A stretch of 64,000 nt of DNA from Escherichia phage LinBro. Both the position numbers and the translations under genes were made by a program. The stretch is from sequence record OR896830.1, one strand, 5' to 3'. This document shows, one piece after another, positions 19,820-30,193 of the stretch. The number at the start of each line of letters is the position of its first letter. The first letter of the stretch is position 1. The notes under the pieces are model-generated. The model was given only the letters and a program-made list of their open reading frames with translations, was not told where the DNA came from and made no database searches.

Positions 19820-20123
19820 TAAAGAGGGTGTGGCTCAGAAGAGCCACTTCTCAAACTACAATATTTCTATGACGGTGTTTATGAATGACCCGTTACTAGA
19901 AAAATATGGTGAGACTCCAGATACACTTCTGGACAATGAACAAGTTTTAAAAGCAGTCCTGTACAAATATGGGATTGATATTGAGAAAGAGTATTCCTTT
20001 GAAATCTGCCAACACAGAAATACTTTCGGTAAAGTTGTGATGGCTCCGCTCTTTATGGGTGTAGAAAGGACTGACTATGGTTGGTTGTATCTGAAAAGAA
20101 ACTTGGAGAAATACCGTGTCTAA
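19800..20123 (+). CDS. hypothetical protein
   Basis: ORF 19791..20123 with start moved to first ATG. Confidence 0.4.
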   Translation: MDSQNINKEGVAQKSHFSNYNISMTVFMNDPLLEKYGETPDTLLDNEQVLKAVLYKYGIDIEKEYSFEICQHRNTFGKVVMAPLFMGVERTDYGWLYLKRNLEKYRV

Positions 20124-20451
20124 AGCAAAAAAGCTATCTTATGATGACATTATCTCAGGTGCTAAGTTAGGTGTTGATAGTATCGGACAAGATGTTAAGC
20201 ACGGAGACACAGTCATGTACTGTGATGACCGAAGAGGTAGAAGTGCAATCTTGTTTGGAAGAATTGTTTGCAAGATGAGAGGTAATTACGTTGTTGCAGA
20301 CATGGATGTGAACGTTACACAAAAACTTGAAACAATTATGGATGCTATCGCACCATCATGGTTCCTAAATTGTATGCACACCTCGTCAGTCACAAAAGTA
20401 AGTGATAAGTTTTACGATATGTGGCAGAATGAGCAAATTTTCAAGATTTAA
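20116..20451 (+). CDS. hypothetical protein
   Basis: 111-aa ORF. Confidence 0.4.
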   Translation: MSKAKKLSYDDIISGAKLGVDSIGQDVKHGDTVMYCDDRRGRSAILFGRIVCKMRGNYVVADMDVNVTQKLETIMDAIAPSWFLNCMHTSSVTKVSDKFYDMWQNEQIFKI

Positions 20452-20455
20452 ACTA

Positions 20456-20480
20456 TGGAGCCTCTTCGGAGGCTCTTTTC
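20456..20480 (+). terminator. rho-independent terminator
   Basis: GAGCCTCTTCGGAGGCTC hairpin (TTCG loop) then TTTT. Confidence 0.7.
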
Positions 20481-20497
20481 ATCTGTAGGATTCAAAA

Positions 20498-22732
20498 ATG
20501 ATTAAGACAATTAAAAAATCAAACGGTACAGTAGTAAGCTTTGACCCAGAAAGACTGAATAAGTGGGCATCATGGGCAGATAAACGTGGGATTATCTGGT
20601 CAGAAGTCACTATGGAAGCCATGAAACGTGTTTATGAGGGTTGCACTACAAAAGAGATGCACCAAGCCATGATTGATGTTTGTGTTGATAAACAAACTCA
20701 AGAGTACTCAGATATGGCTGGACGACTGCTTTTGGGTATTATCTACAAAGAAGCCTTTGGAGGCTTTACTAAGGTTCCTACGCTGGTTACCTTCGTTAAA
20801 AATATGGAGAGAGCAGGACTTTGGGAGAAGATGGATTATTCACAGGAAGAGCTTGAATACCTGCAAGGTTACATCGTACACTCAAAAGATATCTCTTACG
20901 GTTATGCAGTCTTGAAACAGTTCAGAGACAAGTATGGTATCCGTGATATTAAAACGGGAAGACTTTTTGAGTCACCACAATTTATGTTTATGGGTATGGC
21001 TATGAAAGCTTTTGAGAAGCAACCAAAGCACCGTAGACTGCAAGATGTTATCAAGCTGTACACTTATCTATCTGACCTGAAGATTAATGCTCCCACACCT
21101 TATTTAAACGGTTTAAGAGCTACTAAATCAGGTTATGCGTCATGCTGTTTGATTAAGGCGAATGATACTGCTGAATCTCTAGGTATTGCTGCAAAGGTTG
21201 CCTATGACATGACCACAAAGCAAGCTGGTATTGGGATGCTGATGGAGACTCGCACTATTGGTGATGGCATCCGTCAAAATACTATTGAACACATGGGTAA
21301 GCTGCCTTATTATAAGCTTGTACGTTCATCTGTAGAGGCAAACAAACAGAAGAGTCGTGGTGGTTCAGCTAATAACTTCTACACTGCTCTAGACCCGCAG
21401 ATTGAAGATTTACTGCGTTTGAAGCACCCTACAACGGTTCCTTCTAAACGTATTAATGAGATGGACTACTCATTCGGCACAAACGATTATTTCTGGCAGT
21501 GTGTTCAGTATGATACAGATTGGTTGCTATTCTCTTACAAAGATGCACCAAAACTCTATGACATGTTCTACACAGCATCTGCTGATGAGTTTGCTATGGC
21601 AGTTGGTCACGCAGTACATACAGGAGTTAAGCACAGACGAGTAAAGGCTCGTGAAATTGCTAAGCTGTTTATTCAACAGCGTTATGCTACAGGTCGTGTG
21701 TATCCATTCTTCACTAACAATGCAAACACACATACACCATTTAAAGAACCATTGAAGATGTCAAATCTTTGTATGGAAATTGTATTGCCAGTGTATGGTT
21801 TTGAGAAAGAGACAGACCTTTACAGAGACGATGCTGTGAAAGAGGATGGTGAGGTGGCTCTTTGCTTCCTAGCTAGTTTGGTTGCAGGGAGAATTTCAGA
21901 AGATGAATACGCTGACGTTGCTTATTATGCTCTTGCAATGGTTGACTCCGTTATTGACCTTATGGATTATCCGTATCCGTCGATGCGTAACCATGTTCAG
22001 AAGCGTCGTTCTGTTGGGATTGGCCTTACAAATGTGGCTCATTACCTTGCGAAGAACTACGTGAACTACTCTTCACGAGCAGGTAAAACGAAACTTCATG
22101 AACTTGCAGAGATGCACTCTTACTATCTGCATGAAGCCTCTCTGAGACTTGCTAAAGAGCGTGGCGTTCCAGAGTACATGAAGTTCACTAAGTATCCTGA
22201 AGGCTGGGTTCCTCCAAAGACAGCTAACAAGAAGATTGATGAAAAGCATGATGCAAAACTACGATATGATTGGGATGACTTAGCACAACGTATCAAAGAA
22301 AATGGTGGAATCCGAAACTCTGTATTAGAAGCTTACATGCCTAATGAGAGTTCTTCACTAGCAACTAATACGACAAACGGCTTGTACCCAATTCGTGACT
22401 TTATTTTAACTAAAAAGTCTGCAACCGGTAACGTACTGTTTATTGTTCCAGATTATGAAGAACTGAAGTATGTCTATGAAATTGCTTGGGATATTGACAC
22501 CTTTGATATGATTGATTGTTATGCAATTGTTCAAAAGTTCACTGGTCAGGCTATCTCTTCAGACTTCTATGTTGACTATGCAAAGTCTAAGAAGGTATCA
22601 TTGGCTCAAGCTTTGAAGTACATGATTTATGCCAACTCGGTAGGTATGAAAACCATGTACTACCTTAACAGTCGCATTGGTGTAGGTAAATCTGCACTGC
22701 AAGATGCTTATTGCGAGGGTTGTGGTGTTTAG
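20498..22732 (+). CDS. nrdA: ribonucleotide reductase class I alpha subunit
   Basis: N-terminal ATP-cone, active-site NLCMEI, C-terminal YCEGCGV. Confidence 0.9.
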   Translation: MIKTIKKSNGTVVSFDPERLNKWASWADKRGIIWSEVTMEAMKRVYEGCTTKEMHQAMIDVCVDKQTQEYSDMAGRLLLGIIYKEAFGGFTKVPTLVTFVKNMERAGLWEKMDYSQEELEYLQGYIVHSKDISYGYAVLKQFRDKYGIRDIKTGRLFESPQFMFMGMAMKAFEKQPKHRRLQDVIKLYTYLSDLKINAPTPYLNGLRATKSGYASCCLIKANDTAESLGIAAKVAYDMTTKQAGIGMLMETRTIGDGIRQNTIEHMGKLPYYKLVRSSVEANKQKSRGGSANNFYTALDPQIEDLLRLKHPTTVPSKRINEMDYSFGTNDYFWQCVQYDTDWLLFSYKDAPKLYDMFYTASADEFAMAVGHAVHTGVKHRRVKAREIAKLFIQQRYATGRVYPFFTNNANTHTPFKEPLKMSNLCMEIVLPVYGFEKETDLYRDDAVKEDGEVALCFLASLVAGRISEDEYADVAYYALAMVDSVIDLMDYPYPSMRNHVQKRRSVGIGLTNVAHYLAKNYVNYSSRAGKTKLHELAEMHSYYLHEASLRLAKERGVPEYMKFTKYPEGWVPPKTANKKIDEKHDAKLRYDWDDLAQRIKENGGIRNSVLEAYMPNESSSLATNTTNGLYPIRDFILTKKSATGNVLFIVPDYEELKYVYEIAWDIDTFDMIDCYAIVQKFTGQAISSDFYVDYAKSKKVSLAQALKYMIYANSVGMKTMYYLNSRIGVGKSALQDAYCEGCGV

Positions 22733-22787
22733 TTTTAATAACTATGAGGGTCGTAAAAGACCCTCTAAAAATAACTTTGGAGAGACC

Positions 22788-23045
22788 ATGAAAGATTTAA
22801 TAGAAAAACATGAGCGGCCTATATACTTGCTCCACAAGCCTCGGAAAACGATGTACTATGTTAGTAGCACAGATATGATGATAAAACAAAATGATGACTC
22901 ATGGGTTGCTGGTATCTCTTACATCTCTACAGCAGATGGTAAAATATACGCAAGACCTTATGAGATGTTCAATGAAGAAAATTGGGAAGTTTTAGACAGA
23001 AAACAAGCCTTAGAAATGATAAAGAAAGGAGAAATCACACTATGA
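22788..23045 (+). CDS. hypothetical protein
   Basis: ORF 22704..23045 trimmed to ATG with GGAGAG RBS. Confidence 0.4.
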   Translation: MKDLIEKHERPIYLLHKPRKTMYYVSSTDMMIKQNDDSWVAGISYISTADGKIYARPYEMFNEENWEVLDRKQALEMIKKGEITL

Positions 23046-24115
23046 TTAACCAGCACCCAATCTTTTTAGGTGGTGAGAGAAAAACTTTTGACTCACTTAA
23101 TAAACACTACCCAAAAATCTTTGAGCTTTATAAGCAACAAAAAGCACAAGACTGGTCAGAAGATGAGTTCCCTTTTGAACAATCACGTCTTGATTTTGAG
23201 AGTGTCCCAGCATCAATGTCAGGTGTAATGCTTGAGATTCTTAAGTGGCAGTGGGAAGCAGATACCCAAGTTGCTAAGAGCTTGGCATTTGCCTTCGCAC
23301 CATTTATCTCTGATGACATCTATGCAACTGCAATTATGAAGCAGTCTGAGATTGAAAACCTACATGCTCTTACTTACTCAGAGATTGTAAGGCAATGTAT
23401 TAAAAACCCTGAAACAATCTTAGATGAGATTAACCAGAATGTTGCTGTGCAAGACCGATTAAAAACTGTGAATCGTGTTCTTGAAGAATTACTGGATGAA
23501 GGTATAAACTATCGTCTGAATTATGTTCGTGATTCACTTCTGGACAAAGACCCTTTACACTTCCATAAAGTGATTCTGAAAGGGCTGTTTGCAGTGACTG
23601 CACTTGAAGGTATATCTTTTATGGCATCATTTGCATGTACTTTTGCACTTGATGCTCAAGATAAATTTCAGGGTATTGCTCAAGCTGTCCAGAAAATTAT
23701 GCTTGATGAAATCCTTCACACTAAAATTGATATTGAAGTTTTAAAAGAAACTTTAAGAGATGATGAGTGGCAGAAAGCTTTTCAACAGATTCTTCCAGAG
23801 ATTAAAGTAATCTTAGATGAAGTAGTTGAAAGCGAAGAAAAATGGTCGTATTATATCTTCTCTGAAGGACGTGCTGTAGTTGGTTTAAATACAAAGCTTC
23901 TTCATGAGTGGGTTTACTATAATGCCGCCCCACTGTACGATATGTTTGGCATTCCCAGAGATTTTGTAGCTCCTAAAGAACCACCTTTGAAATATATGAT
24001 TAAAAAGATGGAAATTGATAAAGAGCAGAATGCTAATCAGGAGCAACAGAACGGTGCGTATTTATTGAATACTGTTGTAGATGACTTAAATAGTGGATTT
24101 TTAGAGGTTCCTTAA
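23042..24115 (+). CDS. nrdB: ribonucleotide reductase class I beta subunit
   Basis: Start taken at ATG with AAGGAG RBS (MINQHPIF); ferritin-like helices; directly downstream of nrdA. Confidence 0.85.
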   Translation: MINQHPIFLGGERKTFDSLNKHYPKIFELYKQQKAQDWSEDEFPFEQSRLDFESVPASMSGVMLEILKWQWEADTQVAKSLAFAFAPFISDDIYATAIMKQSEIENLHALTYSEIVRQCIKNPETILDEINQNVAVQDRLKTVNRVLEELLDEGINYRLNYVRDSLLDKDPLHFHKVILKGLFAVTALEGISFMASFACTFALDAQDKFQGIAQAVQKIMLDEILHTKIDIEVLKETLRDDEWQKAFQQILPEIKVILDEVVESEEKWSYYIFSEGRAVVGLNTKLLHEWVYYNAAPLYDMFGIPRDFVAPKEPPLKYMIKKMEIDKEQNANQEQQNGAYLLNTVVDDLNSGFLEVP

Positions 24116-24357
24116 TGACTTATGTAATTTACTCCAAAACTGGATGCCCTCAGTGTGAGACTGCAAAGAATTTTGCAAAAGCTCGTGGTATTGACCATGT
24201 TGTGAGAATGTTAGGGCAGGATTATGAACTATCAGACCTGATAGATATTGCACAGATGCCAGTTCGCCAGATGCCATTCATCATGAAAACGGATGGTCAA
24301 AATCTAAAACCTGTTGGAACGCTACAGAATTTTATGACAGAGGTGAATAATGCTTAA
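24115..24357 (+). CDS. nrdH: glutaredoxin-like protein
   Basis: 80 aa with CPQC redox motif near N-terminus. Confidence 0.7.
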   Translation: MTYVIYSKTGCPQCETAKNFAKARGIDHVVRMLGQDYELSDLIDIAQMPVRQMPFIMKTDGQNLKPVGTLQNFMTEVNNA

Positions 24358-24556
24358 ACGCATTTGGGAAGGTTTGGTTATTGATGCACCAGCCATTGTG
24401 ATTGGTATGCTTGTTGTTAACCTATTTACTGATTTTGAACAAGGTTCATTGTTTGGAGCCATGTTACTATGGGTTATCTTTGAAATATTAGAGATACAAC
24501 TAGGCATCACTGAAAAACTAAGAAAACTCGTTTCAAAGTTTTCTAAAAAGATTTAA
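24350..24556 (+). CDS. small membrane protein
   Basis: 68 aa, hydrophobic core. Confidence 0.35.
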   Translation: MLKRIWEGLVIDAPAIVIGMLVVNLFTDFEQGSLFGAMLLWVIFEILEIQLGITEKLRKLVSKFSKKI

Positions 24557-24562
24557 AATGAA

Positions 24563-24586
24563 AGGGTCTCTTCGGAGACCTTTTTA
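24563..24586 (+). terminator. rho-independent terminator
   Basis: GGTCTCTTCGGAGACC hairpin then TTTTT. Confidence 0.7.
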
Positions 24587-24604
24587 GCATGTAAAGGGGT
24601 AATA

Positions 24605-25804
24605 ATGAACAAAGTACAGATTATTAAAAAGAATGGCTCACTTGAAGAACCCGATATCAAAAAAGTTTTAGCAGCAGTAACTAAGTCAGCTAACAGGGTT
24701 GGATATAAAGAACTTCCACCAGATGTTACCCAAGCTCTTGAGTCAGCATTTATGAGGATTCTGGTAAAGTCCACTAAGCAGAATAATTTGCTCATCTCGG
24801 TAAATGATATTCACAGTATTGTTGAGGGTGCTTTGGCAGAAGTCAATCACGAGATTTATGAGTCTTACTCAACATATAGAAATTACCGTAAAGAGGTTGC
24901 TCAAAATTGGGACGAGCTTTACCAAAAGACTAGGGATACACTCTTCTTAGGTGACCGTGAAAATGCTAACTTTGACAGTAGTTTAATTTCTACAAAAGGC
25001 TCAATTATTCGTGGTTACTTGACTAAAGAAATCTTTAAACAGTACCATTTAACACCAGAGGAACTTGAAGCCATTGAAAAAGGGTTTATCTACATCCATG
25101 ACTTAAGAGACCTAATTTTTGGTGGTATCAACTGTTGCCTGTTTGACATCGGCAAAGTACTGAAAGGTGGCTTTGAAATGTCTGGTATCGAATACTGTGA
25201 ACCAAAGTCTGTGCTGTCAGCCTTACAGGTTATTGGTGATGTAGTTCTTTCAGCAACTGCACAGCAATTTGGTGGCTTTACTTTAGCAGAGATTGATAAG
25301 GTACTTGTGCCGTATGCTAAAAAATCTTTAGTGTACCACTCAGAGAAAGCTGAAGAGTACGGAATCCCTAAAGAGCAACACTATAATTACGTAATGGAGC
25401 AATTACAGAATGAGTTAACACAAGGTTTCCAATCTCTTGAAATGAAACTCAACACTGTTCCTTGCAGTCGCGGTGATTTTGCATTTACTACTCTGACATT
25501 TGGCCTGTTGGAACCAGATATGCACAATGAAGATAACCGTCTTCAGTTTATGATTGCTAATACAATCCTTAATGTAAGGATGAACGGGCAAGGGAAAAGC
25601 AAAAAACCTGTTGTTTTTCCTAAACTTGTGTATATCTATGAAGAGACAAGACATAAACTTGATGTATGCCAAGCAAGGTTGTTTGAAAAAGCTATTGAGT
25701 GTTGCTCTAAAGCGATGTATCCAGATTTCTTAAGTGTATCTGGTCATGGTGCTGTAGCAGATGCTTTTGAGCGTTCTGGTAAGGTGATTTCACCGATGGG
25801 TTAA
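24605..25804 (+). CDS. nrdD: anaerobic ribonucleotide reductase, N-terminal segment
   Basis: ATP-cone-like N-terminus; ORF terminates without the Zn ribbon and glycyl-radical region, which resume downstream. Confidence 0.8.
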   Translation: MNKVQIIKKNGSLEEPDIKKVLAAVTKSANRVGYKELPPDVTQALESAFMRILVKSTKQNNLLISVNDIHSIVEGALAEVNHEIYESYSTYRNYRKEVAQNWDELYQKTRDTLFLGDRENANFDSSLISTKGSIIRGYLTKEIFKQYHLTPEELEAIEKGFIYIHDLRDLIFGGINCCLFDIGKVLKGGFEMSGIEYCEPKSVLSALQVIGDVVLSATAQQFGGFTLAEIDKVLVPYAKKSLVYHSEKAEEYGIPKEQHYNYVMEQLQNELTQGFQSLEMKLNTVPCSRGDFAFTTLTFGLLEPDMHNEDNRLQFMIANTILNVRMNGQGKSKKPVVFPKLVYIYEETRHKLDVCQARLFEKAIECCSKAMYPDFLSVSGHGAVADAFERSGKVISPMG

Positions 25805-26522
25805 CAAGCTCTATAGCTCATCTAAAACGTGCCTAAACAGGGAAACTCTACAGATGTAGACAATCCTGTGCTAAATGATGTACGATGTAAGAAACTATAC
25901 AACATAGGAGTCTTACATGCCAAACTATCACGTCACTGAAGATGGAAAAGTCTTTAGGGAAAATGGTGTAGAGCTTACGCAGTGGAAATCCAACACTGGG
26001 TATATGAAAGTGAGGTTTTACGGTAAGAAGAATCGTGACATGTATGTCCACAGGTTAGTTGCTGAGAAATATGTACCTAACCCGAACAATCTTCCAATTG
26101 TAAAACATAAGGACGATAACAAACTAAATAACCACGTATCTAACTTAGAATGGGGTACTCATTCTGATAATGCTAAAGAAGGTTATGAGAATGGATGTTA
26201 CAAGTTCCACAAGCGTTCATATGCCGTGAAAGCCACACACAAAGTGACAAAGGAAGTTATTGTTACTAAGTCAATACGAGAGTTATCCAATATACTTGGA
26301 TACAATCGCAAGACCATCTCTTCAATATTGAAGGGTGTAAAAGAGCATAATAACTTCGAATATGAGTTTGAATACATCTAAATGCCGAACGACTAACCGT
26401 GATGAATGTAGCGGTGTAGGGTCAAGCGACTCGAAATGGTACGCTACTTAGAAATAAGTAGAAGATATAGTCTGGACTTACTGGCGACAGTAAGCAGCTT
26501 GAATAAAGCGGGGTAAGCTTAG
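25790..26522 (+). mobile_element. intervening sequence in nrdD (group I intron-like) carrying HNH endonuclease
   Basis: Splits nrdD between two ORFs; downstream frame open from 26523; HNH ORF inside; boundaries approximate. Confidence 0.55.
25917..26381 (+). CDS. HNH homing endonuclease
   Basis: VHRLVAE...VKHKDDNKLNNHVSNLEWGTHSDN HNH_3-type motif. Confidence 0.75.
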   Translation: MPNYHVTEDGKVFRENGVELTQWKSNTGYMKVRFYGKKNRDMYVHRLVAEKYVPNPNNLPIVKHKDDNKLNNHVSNLEWGTHSDNAKEGYENGCYKFHKRSYAVKATHKVTKEVIVTKSIRELSNILGYNRKTISSILKGVKEHNNFEYEFEYI

Positions 26523-27491
26523 CGAACTTACCTGAACAATAAGTGTAGAGCATTTTTATCACCATACCATAACGAATATGGTGAAGAGTTTTATGTAGGT
26601 CGTGCTAACATTGGTGCTGTATCTTTGAACTTACCAATGATTTACCAGTATTCTAAAGAGAATGGTTTAGATTTCTGGAAAGAGCTTGATAAGTACCTAG
26701 AGATGATTCGCAGCTTCCACAAGAAACGCTACGAAATGATTGCTAATATGCCAGCAAGCTCTAACCCTCTTGCATTCACACAAGGTGGCCTGTACAAAGG
26801 GACTAAGAAATCTACCGACAAGGTTGGCTGGGATATCGTGAAGTCCTTCACAGCTTCTTTTGGAGTTACTGCGCTTGATGAGCTATCTGTTCTTGCTGAA
26901 GGTAAACGACTTCATGAAGTTGGGAGCTATAGTTTTGCATACGATGTTCTGGCATACATCAACATGAAAACTGAAGAGTTTAAAAATGAAGATGGCTTCT
27001 TATATGCTGTCTATGGTACTCCAGCAGAATCACTTTGTGGAACTCAACTAAAACAGTTCAGAGAAATGTTTGGTGTTATCAAAGGTGTTTCTGACAAGGA
27101 ATACTTTACAAACAGTTTCCATATGAATGTTGCAGCAGACATCTCACCATTTGAGAAGCAGGACTTAGAAGAGCCATTCTTCCATATCTGTAGAGGTGGC
27201 AGAATCCAGTATGTCAGGGTAGCTAACCCAGAAAACTTAACAGCACTTAAGAGTTGTATTACAAGAGGGATGTTGAAAGGTTTTTATCAGGGACTTAACT
27301 TTGACCTAGCAATTTGTGAGCATTGTGGTAGCAGACCAAAGGCTGATGTTGAAGAATGTGAGGTTTGCCATTCACATGACATCTCTGTGATTAACAGGGT
27401 GTGCGGATATCTGGGATGGACTAAGATTAAAGGTGAATCCCGAATGAATGATGCAAAAATCGCTGAGATTCGTGACAGGATTTCTATGTAA
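26523..27491 (+). CDS. nrdD: anaerobic ribonucleotide reductase, C-terminal segment
   Basis: Zn ribbon CEHCGS...CEVCHS and glycyl-radical-like RVCGYLG near C-terminus; no canonical start, frame open from 26523. Confidence 0.8.
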   Translation, partial: RTYLNNKCRAFLSPYHNEYGEEFYVGRANIGAVSLNLPMIYQYSKENGLDFWKELDKYLEMIRSFHKKRYEMIANMPASSNPLAFTQGGLYKGTKKSTDKVGWDIVKSFTASFGVTALDELSVLAEGKRLHEVGSYSFAYDVLAYINMKTEEFKNEDGFLYAVYGTPAESLCGTQLKQFREMFGVIKGVSDKEYFTNSFHMNVAADISPFEKQDLEEPFFHICRGGRIQYVRVANPENLTALKSCITRGMLKGFYQGLNFDLAICEHCGSRPKADVEECEVCHSHDISVINRVCGYLGWTKIKGESRMNDAKIAEIRDRISM

Positions 27492-27499
27492 AACTTGAC

Positions 27500-27540
27500 A
27501 AGGTGATGTGGGTCTTGATAGGCTTACATCACCTTTTTTA
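27500..27540 (+). terminator. rho-independent terminator
   Basis: AGGTGATGT...ACATCACCT hairpin then TTTTTT. Confidence 0.6.
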
Positions 27541-27645
27541 TTGGATGTCAGACATGGCAGAGAGTATTATCGGTTTGTTCATAGGTTCTGTCTTACTAGG
27601 ATTCTTTTTAGGACTTTCTTATTGTGAATTGAGAGATAAGTTAAA

Positions 27646-27846
27646 ATGTTTAAAATATCAAAAACGTTGATATACATACTCCACATTCTAATCTTCTTCT
27701 TTGGGGTTAGTGTTATGGTATGGGGTTTTTCAGACCCACAATGGAGTTTATCATATCACGGACAAATGGATTTATGGTCATGCTTCAAACCATTTTTAGG
27801 GTTAGCTATAGCATTCAGTGCATTACCAACTAGGGTGAAATTATGA
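27646..27846 (+). CDS. small membrane protein
   Basis: 66 aa with two hydrophobic stretches. Confidence 0.35.
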   Translation: MFKISKTLIYILHILIFFFGVSVMVWGFSDPQWSLSYHGQMDLWSCFKPFLGLAIAFSALPTRVKL

Positions 27847-28238
27847 TTAAGTTGAACCAAAAACAGTTAGAGTGGGTTAAAGACTACACCTCAGAGTGTG
27901 GCTCTTGCGAAAAGAATCACGTAAAATACTCAACATTCCATACAGTCTTCACATTGTACATCAGCGACAATGTTCTAAGCGACTCCGTAGAAGACGGTGT
28001 AGCGTTGCCTAATGAGTTACTTGATAAATTAGCTGTAGTCACTGGAACTTGGTCTGAAGAAGATGGTCATGAATTATCTGATGATGTTGTCTTCTACACC
28101 CTTGAAAACATCATGAATCCAGAGTACATTATGCTAATGACTTGCGCGCAAGACTGTGTTCCATTACAAGACTTTATTAAAGAACACTGTGAAGAGTTTA
28201 TTACTAAACAGGTTCCTTGTGAGGTGGTGTTTGAATGA
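27843..28238 (+). CDS. hypothetical protein
   Basis: 131-aa ORF. Confidence 0.4.
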   Translation: MIKLNQKQLEWVKDYTSECGSCEKNHVKYSTFHTVFTLYISDNVLSDSVEDGVALPNELLDKLAVVTGTWSEEDGHELSDDVVFYTLENIMNPEYIMLMTCAQDCVPLQDFIKEHCEEFITKQVPCEVVFE

Positions 28239-28297
28239 GTAAAACAATTCGAAGAAAAGGTTTAAAGAACATTTATATTTATTGGTGAGGTAACTAG

Positions 28298-28783
28298 ATG
28301 AATTACATGGAGATTAGACCATTTGACACAGCTAATGGTGAAGGGGTTCGTGTAAGCCTCTTCGTAGCTGGCTGTAAACATCACTGTGAAGGCTGCTTTA
28401 ACAGGGAGTCTTGGAAGTTTAATGCTGGTAAAGTATTTACTTATGCAAACCTCTACGGCATCATTAAGTTAATGGATGATGAGGCCATCAGTGGGTTGTC
28501 AATACTTGGTGGGGAGCCTCTGGATGATAGAAACATTCAAGAGGTCACCAACATATGCAAACGTATTAAAACTGTTTATCCAGAAAAGTCTATATGGCTT
28601 TGGACAGGTTTTCAGTTACACGAAAAAATTCACTTAGATGTGATGAAATATGTTGACGTAGTGATTGATGGTAAGTATGATTCATCTAAACCAACAGTTA
28701 AACCTTATCGTGGTTCTGATAACCAAAACCTCTGGAGAAAAGAGTATGGGTGGCAAGGTGATTGTCAATGGCGAGCAGAATGA
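28298..28783 (+). CDS. nrdG: anaerobic ribonucleotide reductase activating protein
   Basis: Radical-SAM cluster CKHHCEGCFN near N-terminus; 161 aa. Confidence 0.8.
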   Translation: MNYMEIRPFDTANGEGVRVSLFVAGCKHHCEGCFNRESWKFNAGKVFTYANLYGIIKLMDDEAISGLSILGGEPLDDRNIQEVTNICKRIKTVYPEKSIWLWTGFQLHEKIHLDVMKYVDVVIDGKYDSSKPTVKPYRGSDNQNLWRKEYGWQGDCQWRAE

Positions 28784-29021
28784 TTATTCTGGCAAGTGGA
28801 CTTACGACATCAACAAGTTAGATGCTTGGATGATTTATACAAGAGAAAAATTTGGCGAACGTTCATTATGTGCTCTTGCAACAATGGTGAAGAACGTTGC
28901 CTTTGTCATTCATGAATCAGATAAGTTTGGAGACTTCTACAGGATTCAAAACATTAGAGAAGGTATAACTCCAATCGGTATCACTGAAGAAGAACTCCAT
29001 AAGTTCTGTATTAAACTTTAA
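28745..29021 (+). CDS. hypothetical protein
   Basis: ORF 28665..29021 trimmed to ATG with GGAG RBS; overlaps nrdG 3' end. Confidence 0.3.
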
Positions 29022-29036
29022 TGAGAGAGACTAAAA

Positions 29037-29303
29037 ATGGGAATTTTAGGTAATATGAAAGCTGGCTTCTTGAAGGCACTGGCAAAAGCAGCAGCAATCA
29101 TTTCTATGACTGGAAAGCAGGTTGGTGTAGATGCTTCAGCAATTGCACAGGTTCTTGCAAGCCAAATTGAACAGCAGCCTTACATCCACGTTGGACGTGG
29201 CAAAGGTGGTAAGAAACAAGCACATCGACCAACTGGTGCAGCAGCAATTAAACGTGCAGCTAAAAAAGCTCGTAACCGTAAACGTAATAAGAAGGCTAAA
29301 TAA
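29037..29303 (+). CDS. hypothetical protein with basic C-terminal tail
   Basis: 88 aa ending KKARNRKRNKKAK. Confidence 0.4.
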   Translation: MGILGNMKAGFLKALAKAAAIISMTGKQVGVDASAIAQVLASQIEQQPYIHVGRGKGGKKQAHRPTGAAAIKRAAKKARNRKRNKKAK

Positions 29304-29305
29304 TC

Positions 29306-29626
29306 ATGAGCAAAGTTTATAACACTCGTAAATTACAGATTTTCGTACTGTGCCAGTTTATGGCTAAAGAGTATAACTACTACTACTGTGGTACAGGGTT
29401 CATCAGCGATGATGACGGTTCATACCTACCATTTAAAGAAGCTGTGAAGCTCTTTAATGAAGAGAAAAACTCTAAGAAAGATATTGAAAAGGTTAAGCTA
29501 ACCTACAGCAAGAAAGATAAGAAGATTATCTGCCTAGATAACTTTGTAAAAGTTACTGGAGAAGCAAAAGAGTTTATGGATGAGAGTGAGATTTCATTCA
29601 CAAGCATCTTGAAAGTAGCTCAGTAA
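29306..29626 (+). CDS. hypothetical protein
   Basis: 106-aa ORF. Confidence 0.4.
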   Translation: MSKVYNTRKLQIFVLCQFMAKEYNYYYCGTGFISDDDGSYLPFKEAVKLFNEEKNSKKDIEKVKLTYSKKDKKIICLDNFVKVTGEAKEFMDESEISFTSILKVAQ

Positions 29627-29638
29627 ACAGATACTATA

Positions 29639-29668
29639 AGGGAACTGTAAAGGTTCCCTTTTTATTTT
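29639..29668 (+). terminator. rho-independent terminator
   Basis: GGGAAC...GGTTCCC hairpin then TTTTTATTTT. Confidence 0.65.
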
Positions 29669-29677
29669 GGAGATAAT

Positions 29678-30193
29678 ATGTACCTGTCAAATCTGAAACG
29701 TTCTGCTGCAATGTCAGTGTTAAGACTCAGTTTTGAGGAACGTCAAGAGTTCATTGACTCCCACCAATACGACCCTTCTAACTCCAATCACATGATTCTC
29801 TGGAATCGTGACAGTACTCGTGAAAGAGCACTATTCCGTTACTACCCACATTACACCATAGACAACTTGTATGAATGTTTTGTTGTGAAGAACACCATTA
29901 CAGTACTCAATAAACTTTGCAGATACACAGGTAGTCAATCCTTCACATTAGGCCACCACAAACCCGTTACAAAGGGTGGTGAGCATCACTGTGCAAACTG
30001 GTTTATCCAGACTAAACTTGATAACCAGAAGCAAGGGGATAACCTCCTAAGCACACCTAAGATGACCTATGAAGAGCAAGAGAAATATATCAAAAATAAT
30101 ATGCCAGATGTGCTTGACAACAACTATACAGATTTGGCAATATCTCTCCTGTTGAAGTTCGAGACAGTTTATAGGGCAACTTACAATGGCTAA
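29678..30193 (+). CDS. HNH-like nuclease
   Basis: GHHKPVTKGGEHHCANW...NQKQGDN resembles HNH core. Confidence 0.4.
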   Translation: MYLSNLKRSAAMSVLRLSFEERQEFIDSHQYDPSNSNHMILWNRDSTRERALFRYYPHYTIDNLYECFVVKNTITVLNKLCRYTGSQSFTLGHHKPVTKGGEHHCANWFIQTKLDNQKQGDNLLSTPKMTYEEQEKYIKNNMPDVLDNNYTDLAISLLLKFETVYRATYNG

